Part shown: one piece after another, positions 57,656-64,000 of the stretch
How the letters are laid out: every line of letters begins with the position of its first letter
How positions within the stretch are numbered: position 1 is the first letter of the stretch
NCBI GenBank assembly: GCA_965552055.1
Contig: CBEVQO010000001.1
Span: forward strand, 384,001 to 448,000
Source of the DNA: an uncultured bacterium
GTDB lineage: Bacteria > Hydrothermota > UBA3073 > NMUJ01 > CBEVQO01
Length of the DNA stretch: 64,000 nt
Direction of reading: 5' to 3'
Translations under genes and position numbers: made by a program
Notes under the pieces: generated by a model
The model's input: only the letters and a program-made list of their open reading frames with translations
Told to the model about the DNA's origin: nothing
The model's database searches: none

Positions 57656-59733
57656 AAAGAATTTCTTTATTTTCAGATGTACAATTTTTAAGGGGTGTGG
57701 GTCCAAAATATCTTCCCCTTATCAAAAAATTGTTGAAAAAAGATTCACAGAAAATAAGGGTTTATGATTTGCTTCATCATTTTCCTCGTGATTATTCAAA
57801 AAGGAAGTTGATAAAGGATTTGCGTCCAGGTGAAAAGTCCTTTATTTATGCAAGGATTATTCAGTGTGATGAAAGACAAACCAGCAAAGGTCCTGTTTTT
57901 ACAGTTGATATCAGTGATGGCACGGGCAATGTTCAATGTGCTTTCTTTAACTATTCAGAAATTGCAAAAAAGAGATTTAGATGGGGGAGACTTGTGAAAA
58001 TAGAAGGCGAGCCCCAGATGTTTGGAAAAGACCTGCAATTTGTAAATCCAATTGTAGAATTCAACCCTGAAGATAAAAAGCAAAAGTTACTTCCAGTTTA
58101 TCCTTTAACAGAAGGATTAAGATTAGAACATTTAAGATTTATAATGGAAAATGCAATGAATACGATAGAAGAAGTTGAAGAAACACTCTCGCCTAAAATC
58201 AGAGAAAAATACAATTTGATTGAGAAAAAAGTTGCTTTAAAAAATATTCACTTTCCTGAAGATGAAATAATGTTGCAGAAAGCAATCTATAGATTAAAAT
58301 TTGAAGAACTATTCTTTCTGGAACTCGCAGTTGCTCAAAAATACAGGAAATATAAAAAAATAGGGATACAGTTTGGCAAAGGAAGCAAGCTATCCCGTCA
58401 ATTTTACGAAAGATTGAAAAAAGAAAATCCCGATTTTGAACTCACACGCTCGCAGAAAAAAGTTTTGTGGGAAATTTTTCAGGATATGGAGCGTCCCGAA
58501 GCTATGAACCGTCTTTTGCAGGGCGATGTAGGAAGTGGTAAAACAATAGTTGCATCTTTTTGCATCTTAAAGGCAATAGAAAACGGCTATCAGGTTGCTT
58601 TTATGGCACCAACAGAAATACTCGCAGAACAACATTTCATATTGCTAAAAGATTATTTTGAAGAACTCGGAGTTAAAATAGCTTTATTAATAGGAAGTAC
58701 GCCAAAAAATGAAAAGGAGAAAATTTATAAAGAGCTGAAAGAGGGAGAAATCGATCTTGTGATAGGCACCCATGCCTTACTTTTTGAGAAAGTTGAATTT
58801 AAAAATCTTGGTTTTGTTGTGATTGATGAGCAGCACAAATTTGGGGTGCTACAGCGTGCCAGATTGCGTGAAAAGGGCACAGCACCTGATTTGCTCGTAA
58901 TGACAGCAACACCCATCCCACGCAGTTTGTCTCTAACTCTATACGGAGAACTTGATATCTCAACAATCGAAGAATTACCACCCGGAAGAAAACCAGTGAA
59001 AACTTACATAATATCGGAAGAAAACATAGAAGGTGTTTATAACTTTGTCAAGAAGGAACTGGATAAGGGACATCAGTGTTACATTGTCTATCCTGCAGTT
59101 GAGGAGACACAGGATGAATTGAAAACAGCAAAAGGTGAATATCGCAAATTGAAGGAAATTTTTAAAGATTATAAAGTTGGTTTGTTATATGGCAAAATGA
59201 CAGGTTATGAGAAAACAAAGGTAATGCGTGATTTCAGGGAAGGCAAAATTCAGGTTTTATGTGCCACAACAGTAATAGAAATAGGACTCGATGCTCCAAA
59301 AGCTACCTGTATCGTCATCCAGCATGCGGAAAGATTTGGATTGGCACAGCTGCATCAATTGAGGGGAAGAGTAGGAAGAAGTGAGTTGCAATCTTATTGC
59401 TTTTTAGTAGTATCAAAAAATAAAGTGAAGGATAAAGCAGCAGAGAGATTAAAAGTTTTATTGAGAGAAAACAATGGCTTTAAAATAGCACAGAAGGATT
59501 TGGAAATAAGGGGACCTGGTGAATTTTTGGGTATACGCCAGCATGGCTTTTTGCGTTTAAAAATAGCAGATATTGTGAAAGATTTCGGAATACTGAAAAG
59601 AGCAAGAGAAGCGGCATTTAATTTGATAAAAGAAGACCCTTTACTTTGTAAAGAAGAAAACAGATGTATACGCAAAGAATTTGAAAGATTGATAAATGAA
59701 GGAGAGATTTCACTTGATTTTGAAATAAGCTAA
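57652..59733 (+). CDS. recG: ATP-dependent DNA helicase RecG
   Basis: LLQGDVGSGKT, APTEILAEQH, DEQHKFG, TATPIPR, QLHQLRGRVGR, RGPGE. Confidence 0.97.
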   Translation: MKRISLFSDVQFLRGVGPKYLPLIKKLLKKDSQKIRVYDLLHHFPRDYSKRKLIKDLRPGEKSFIYARIIQCDERQTSKGPVFTVDISDGTGNVQCAFFNYSEIAKKRFRWGRLVKIEGEPQMFGKDLQFVNPIVEFNPEDKKQKLLPVYPLTEGLRLEHLRFIMENAMNTIEEVEETLSPKIREKYNLIEKKVALKNIHFPEDEIMLQKAIYRLKFEELFFLELAVAQKYRKYKKIGIQFGKGSKLSRQFYERLKKENPDFELTRSQKKVLWEIFQDMERPEAMNRLLQGDVGSGKTIVASFCILKAIENGYQVAFMAPTEILAEQHFILLKDYFEELGVKIALLIGSTPKNEKEKIYKELKEGEIDLVIGTHALLFEKVEFKNLGFVVIDEQHKFGVLQRARLREKGTAPDLLVMTATPIPRSLSLTLYGELDISTIEELPPGRKPVKTYIISEENIEGVYNFVKKELDKGHQCYIVYPAVEETQDELKTAKGEYRKLKEIFKDYKVGLLYGKMTGYEKTKVMRDFREGKIQVLCATTVIEIGLDAPKATCIVIQHAERFGLAQLHQLRGRVGRSELQSYCFLVVSKNKVKDKAAERLKVLLRENNGFKIAQKDLEIRGPGEFLGIRQHGFLRLKIADIVKDFGILKRAREAAFNLIKEDPLLCKEENRCIRKEFERLINEGEISLDFEIS

Positions 59734-61166
59734 GGGCTGTATTTTACTAAATAAGTTTTTGGATGAGGCGAGACATACATAACTTTGAATTTCTCGATGC
59801 TATCTTTGATTGCTGGTATCAGGTATTTGTAAGTGGTCATCGTCCATCTGAAAGCATCTATAACTATGTAATCTGCTTTTTTTATAGCCTGCCACATTTT
59901 TATGTGATCTGAAGTCATTGGATAGCCAAATGCTTTTCTATCCGAAAAGAACCACATAAATTCCGGTTTTCTGCACAATATTTTGGCATCCCTCTCAGTA
60001 TATTTTTTACACCATTTTGCGACATCAAAGTAAGAAATCCAGTCGGGTGGATAAGGTCTTCTAACTTGCTCGGAATACCGGAAGATAGCGATAAGGGCAA
60101 AAATTGAAAATATTGCGGTTAAAATATGTAAACCAAATTTTATCTTTTCCACGCTCTTTGAAACAAAGTATAAAACGAAAGGAAAAACAGGAAGAATGAA
60201 TCTTGCCCCGGTCCATACTTCTGGCCAGATAAGAACAACACCCATATAAAAAATCAGGATAAGATGCAAAATGTTAACTTTTCTCAATTTCAACAATGTA
60301 AAGATAAAACCTGCTATCATCAGCCCTGTAATTATTAACGATGCAAAAGTGTTTATTTTACCGATTAATAAAATTTTCGACATCAAAAATCCGCTATACA
60401 TCTTCAAATTGTGCCATATTCTTTTCAGCAAATCCAAAAATGTTATCCTCCCGAGTTCAGGTGCATATGGGTTTTTCCAGAGAAATTGTGCAAAATAACT
60501 TTCGCCTCCACCAGCATACCTGTTGCGTATAAGCCATGGCAAAATCAAAACAAAAATGATTAAAAAAGCAACTAAAAATTCGCGATATTTTTTCCTGATT
60601 AAAAGATAAAGCAAAATTGCAGGAAAATAAGCAATGCCAACGCTCCTAACATAATAAGCGAATATGCTCGCAAAGACGGAAAAAATAAGATAAAGAAATC
60701 TCCCCTCTTTTTCCCATTTCAAGAATAGATAAACAAAAAGTAAAGAAGAAAAGATAAAAGGAACTTCAGATAAAATGACAGAATGATATTTCAGAAAAAG
60801 AGGGTTTATCGCGAATAAAGGCAACAAAAAATTTACTCCTTTTTCCCATATCATTTGCAGGATAAGGTAAAATAAAATTGTGGACACCATTCCCATTAAG
60901 AAAACCCAGATTTTAAATGCCATTATATTCCTGCCGAAAAGTAAGTGAGGAATGGTCAGTAGAAAGGGGAAACCGGGCGGAAAATGTTTTGCAGCAGGCT
61001 CATCGGGCTTATAAATCTCTTTGTAACCTTTACCCGAAATTATCGATTCACACAAAGCAATATAACAAACATTATCGCCACCTGTGGATAATTTTTTATC
61101 GAATAAAAATACTCCAAAAAGAAATTGGCAACAAAGAGAAATTATAAGAATAAAGTGCTTTTTCAT
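59730..61166 (-). CDS. GT-C fold (ArnT/PMT-like) membrane glycosyltransferase
   Basis: 'GGDN..Y..L..SI..G.GY', 'FPPGFP', 'LSEVPF', many TM helices. Confidence 0.75.
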   Translation of the reverse strand: MKKHFILIISLCCQFLFGVFLFDKKLSTGGDNVCYIALCESIISGKGYKEIYKPDEPAAKHFPPGFPFLLTIPHLLFGRNIMAFKIWVFLMGMVSTILFYLILQMIWEKGVNFLLPLFAINPLFLKYHSVILSEVPFIFSSLLFVYLFLKWEKEGRFLYLIFSVFASIFAYYVRSVGIAYFPAILLYLLIRKKYREFLVAFLIIFVLILPWLIRNRYAGGGESYFAQFLWKNPYAPELGRITFLDLLKRIWHNLKMYSGFLMSKILLIGKINTFASLIITGLMIAGFIFTLLKLRKVNILHLILIFYMGVVLIWPEVWTGARFILPVFPFVLYFVSKSVEKIKFGLHILTAIFSIFALIAIFRYSEQVRRPYPPDWISYFDVAKWCKKYTERDAKILCRKPEFMWFFSDRKAFGYPMTSDHIKMWQAIKKADYIVIDAFRWTMTTYKYLIPAIKDSIEKFKVMYVSPHPKTYLVKYSP

Positions 61167-61172
61167 CAAATT

Positions 61173-61219
61173 ATTTTAAATGAAATTTTATGTTGTCAAT
61201 TCTTTTTCTTGATTATAAT
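61173..61219. promoter_or_regulatory. Back-to-back promoters sharing TTGTCAA: (-) TTGACA-15bp-TAAAAT and (+) TTGTCA-15bp-TATAAT
   Basis: ATTTTA 61173-61178, TTGTCAA 61193-61199, TATAAT 61214-61219. Confidence 0.68.
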
Positions 61220-61222
61220 AAA

Positions 61223-61594
61223 ATGATGTATGTGCTTGAGGTGAAAAGGAAGTTTTCAGCAGCTCACAGTTTGCGAGGATATGGTGGGGAATGCGAAAAA
61301 TTACATGGACATAATTTTGAAGTAACGCTGAAAGTAAAAGTTGAAAAATTAAATAAAATAGGAATCACGATTGACTTTAAGAAGATAGATGAAATATTAA
61401 AAGAAATACTGGAAGAGCTGGATCATCAAAATTTAAATGAATTACCTTATTTTTCGGATAAAAATCCATCTGCTGAAAACATAGCAAAATTTATTTTTGA
61501 GAAAGCAAAGGGGAGAATAAAAGAAGGGAAAGTTATTGAAGTAAAAGTAAGCGAAACAGATAAATATTCTGTCAGTTATCGTGAAGATTTGTGA
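61223..61594 (+). CDS. queD: 6-carboxytetrahydropterin synthase
   Basis: FSAAH, C..LHGHN, IDF, LDH..LN, NPSAEN, SET. Confidence 0.93.
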   Translation: MMYVLEVKRKFSAAHSLRGYGGECEKLHGHNFEVTLKVKVEKLNKIGITIDFKKIDEILKEILEELDHQNLNELPYFSDKNPSAENIAKFIFEKAKGRIKEGKVIEVKVSETDKYSVSYREDL

Positions 61595-62198
61595 ATTATT
61601 TACGAGCATTCAGGGTGAAACCACTTTTCAAGGATTGCCTTTCACTTTTATAAGAGTAGCAGGTTGCAACCTCAATTGTAAATGGTGTGATACGCAATAT
61701 GCAAGGGGCAATGGTAAGGAAATGAAAATAGATGACATTATAAATTTTGTGAAAAGACAGGGTTTAAAATATGTGATGGTTACAGGTGGAGAACCCCTTT
61801 TGCAGGAAGAGACTTATATTTTATGTGATGATTTACTGAAAATGGGATACACTGTACTGGTTGAAACAAATGGTTCTATTCTGGTTGACAAATTGAAAAA
61901 AGAAATAATAAAGATTGTGGATGTAAAATGCCCTTCATCCGGTGAACACGAAAAAATGAAGTTTGAGAATTTCAAATATTTGACAGAAAAGGACGAAATA
62001 AAATTTGTAATAATGAATAGAAAAGATTATGAATATGCTAAGAGAATCATTCAAGAATTTGATTTATGGGGCAGAAAGATTTTATTTTCTCCTGTTCATA
62101 ATGTTATGTCTGCGAGAACTCTGGCTGAATGGCTTCTGGAAGACAAATTAAATGCAAAATTACAGATACAATTGCATAAATATCTTTCTATGAAATGA
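61581..62198 (+). CDS. queE: 7-carboxy-7-deazaguanine synthase (radical SAM)
   Basis: F.SIQGE, GCNLNCKWCDT, TGGEP, ETNG, QLHK. Confidence 0.93.
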   Translation: MKICELFTSIQGETTFQGLPFTFIRVAGCNLNCKWCDTQYARGNGKEMKIDDIINFVKRQGLKYVMVTGGEPLLQEETYILCDDLLKMGYTVLVETNGSILVDKLKKEIIKIVDVKCPSSGEHEKMKFENFKYLTEKDEIKFVIMNRKDYEYAKRIIQEFDLWGRKILFSPVHNVMSARTLAEWLLEDKLNAKLQIQLHKYLSMK

Positions 62199-62593
62199 TT
62201 GAATTTGTAAAACTTGCTTTAACTCCAATTGTTTTAATATCTGCAGAGGGATTAATAATTTTAACTGCACAGAATAGATATGGAAGGGTTATTGACAGAA
62301 TCAGGGAATTGTACAGCATCTATCGTGCAGATGTTGAACGGCGCGATATTTTAAAGACAGAACTTTTAATTTTACTTAAAAGGGGCAAAATTTTGCGTAA
62401 TGCTATGATTTTTTATTTCACTTCGATTTTCTTTTGCCTCATCACATCTATGGGTTTATTTTTAAGAATTAGACAGTCTTTTTGTATAATTACTTTTTCA
62501 ATTGCTCTCTTTCTTTTTATTTTGGGAGTAATTTTCAGCATCTGGGATTTGATTTTTTCTTATAAAGCTGTTGAAAAAGAGGTGAGTTTATGA
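62195..62593 (+). CDS. DUF2721-like membrane protein
   Basis: 'ALTP.VLISA.GL......NRYGRVIDRIR'. Confidence 0.8.
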   Translation: MIEFVKLALTPIVLISAEGLIILTAQNRYGRVIDRIRELYSIYRADVERRDILKTELLILLKRGKILRNAMIFYFTSIFFCLITSMGLFLRIRQSFCIITFSIALFLFILGVIFSIWDLIFSYKAVEKEVSL

Positions 62594-63240
62594 AAGCGGT
62601 TGTTCTTGCATCAGGTGGCATTGATTCCTGTGTTTGTCTTGCTATCGCCATACGCCATTATGAAGTTGCGTTGCTACATGTAAACTATGGACAAAGAACA
62701 GAAAAAAAAGAATTGGAATGCTTTGAAAAACTCGCAAATTATTATGGAATAAAGGAAAAACTGATTGTAAATTTGCCTCATTTGAAAGAAATAGGGGGCT
62801 CAAGTTTAACAGATGAAAAAATGGAAATAGAAGAAGGTTTAAGTGATGATATACCATCTACTTATGTTCCTTTTCGCAATGCCAACATTTTGGCTGTTGC
62901 TGTCTCCTGGGCAGAAGTTATAGGTGCTGAGCGCATATTCATAGGAGCAATCGAAGAAGATGCGCCTGGATATCCTGATTGCAGAAAAAAGTTTTACGAT
63001 GCCTTCCAAAAAGTGATAGAAACAGGAACGAAAAAAGGAAACATTAAAATTTGCACACCTTTGATAAAATTGAAAAAGTCAAAGGTTGTCGAAATCGGTG
63101 CAAAATTGGGCGCACCTTTTCATCTCACATGGTCATGCTATAAAAATGAGGAAAAAGCATGCGGTAAATGTGATAGTTGCTTGCGGCGCTTGCGAGCATT
63201 TAAAGAAGCAGGAATAAAAGACCCTATCCCTTACGAATAA
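62590..63240 (+). CDS. queC: 7-cyano-7-deazaguanine synthase
   Basis: SGGIDS, YGQR, TYVPFRN, YPDC, TWSCY, CGKCDSC. Confidence 0.96.
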   Translation: MKAVVLASGGIDSCVCLAIAIRHYEVALLHVNYGQRTEKKELECFEKLANYYGIKEKLIVNLPHLKEIGGSSLTDEKMEIEEGLSDDIPSTYVPFRNANILAVAVSWAEVIGAERIFIGAIEEDAPGYPDCRKKFYDAFQKVIETGTKKGNIKICTPLIKLKKSKVVEIGAKLGAPFHLTWSCYKNEEKACGKCDSCLRRLRAFKEAGIKDPIPYE

Positions 63241-63246
63241 AATTAA

Positions 63247-63273
63247 TTGTCAAAGTTATTTTGAGGTTATAAT
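63247..63273 (+). promoter_or_regulatory. Putative promoter TTGTCA-15bp-TATAAT, 5 nt before ATG 63279
   Basis: Boxes read directly. Confidence 0.62.
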
Positions 63274-63278
63274 TGGTG

Positions 63279-64000
63279 ATGAGGCGGGAGCTTGGTTTAT
63301 TTTCTGTTTTCTCTATTGTCGCAGGTGCTATGATAAGTTCCGGGCTTTTTGTTTTACCCGGCATAATTTACAGGATTGCTGGACCTTCCATAATTCTATC
63401 TTACATCCTCGCAGGTATTTTGATTTTGCCAACCCTTTTCTCCAAAGCAGAGTTAGCTACCGCGATGCCAAAAGCGGGTGGTACTTACTTCTTTGTAGGC
63501 AGAAGTATGGGTGCATGTGCAGGAGTAATTTCCGGGCTATCAAATTGCTTTGCAACAATCTTAAAAAGTGCCTTCGCATTAATAGGAATTGGCGCCTTCC
63601 TACAATTGATAAATCCACAGGTGTCTGAACCGCAAATAAAACTGCTTTCCATAATTCTTTGTGCTATATTCGTAATCGCAAATCTTATAAGCATAAAGGT
63701 AAGCGGAAGATTACAGGCGTTCCTCGTTATCTTTTTGTTAACCGTTCTATTTTTGTTTTTCATTCTCGGAATCGAAAAAATTTCTCTCTTTCATTTTCAT
63801 CCATTTTTCTCAAAAGGCAAACTCAATATGCTCAAAGCAACGGGCATTGTTTTTATCTCCTACATTGGACTTACAAAGGTAGCAGCTGTAGCCGAAGAAG
63901 TTAAAAATCCCGGTAAAAATTTGCCTTACGGTATGTTGCTTGCACTTATCGTTGTATCTCTTTTATATGCTGGATGTGTCAGTGTAACAATTGGTTTACT
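63279..64000 (+). CDS. APC family amino acid permease (runs off the window; absent from the ORF track)
   Basis: MRRELGLFSV...GAMISSGLFVLPG...AELATAMPKAGGTY...AEEVKNPGKNLP. Confidence 0.9.
   Translation, partial: MRRELGLFSVFSIVAGAMISSGLFVLPGIIYRIAGPSIILSYILAGILILPTLFSKAELATAMPKAGGTYFFVGRSMGACAGVISGLSNCFATILKSAFALIGIGAFLQLINPQVSEPQIKLLSIILCAIFVIANLISIKVSGRLQAFLVIFLLTVLFLFFILGIEKISLFHFHPFFSKGKLNMLKATGIVFISYIGLTKVAAVAEEVKNPGKNLPYGMLLALIVVSLLYAGCVSVTIGL

Noticed and set aside
61190..61225. preQ1 riboswitch upstream of queD
   Set aside because: The -10 box lies only a few nt before the ATG; no aptamer sequence or space for one.
791..63904. Numerous 60-130 aa ORFs nested in or antisense to confident genes
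   Set aside because: Shadow ORFs with no motifs or expression signals.

Overview
AT-rich, very gene-dense bacterial chromosome segment, probably from an anaerobic, possibly thermophilic, diderm lineage. Three secreted proteins with T9SS/FlgD-type C-terminal domains, a gingipain-like C25 protease, RnfB, MvhD and several archaeal-type small genes suggest candidate division WOR-3 or a relative; this taxonomy is inference. Housekeeping content: uvrB, uvrC, uvrD/pcrA, recG, mpg, EndoQ-type nuclease, comM, mreBCD, glmM/glmS, fabH, purQ, tdh, queD/E/C, MoxR, DUF58, lapA/lapB-like genes and tRNA-Leu(CAA). No transposase, integrase, reverse transcriptase or CRISPR array was seen. The most unusual signals are non-coding. 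(1) About 20 sigma70-like promoters have a TTGACA-like box and a TANAAT-like box separated by 15 bp rather than the canonical 17, and most sit 4-8 nt before a start codon (leaderless). (2) A GC-rich, structured dispersed element of about 177 bp occurs as two full copies and one internally shortened copy, each abutting -35 boxes. (3) Five AT-rich units phased at exactly 21 bp cover the promoter of a DUF2089 regulator operon. (4) A 1-nt frameshift in a G-run right after a promoter-proximal ATG heads an accessory operon encoding a T9SS-type protein and a Zn-phospholipase-C-like/ILEI hybrid. Family assignments come from my motif recognition, not from database searches.
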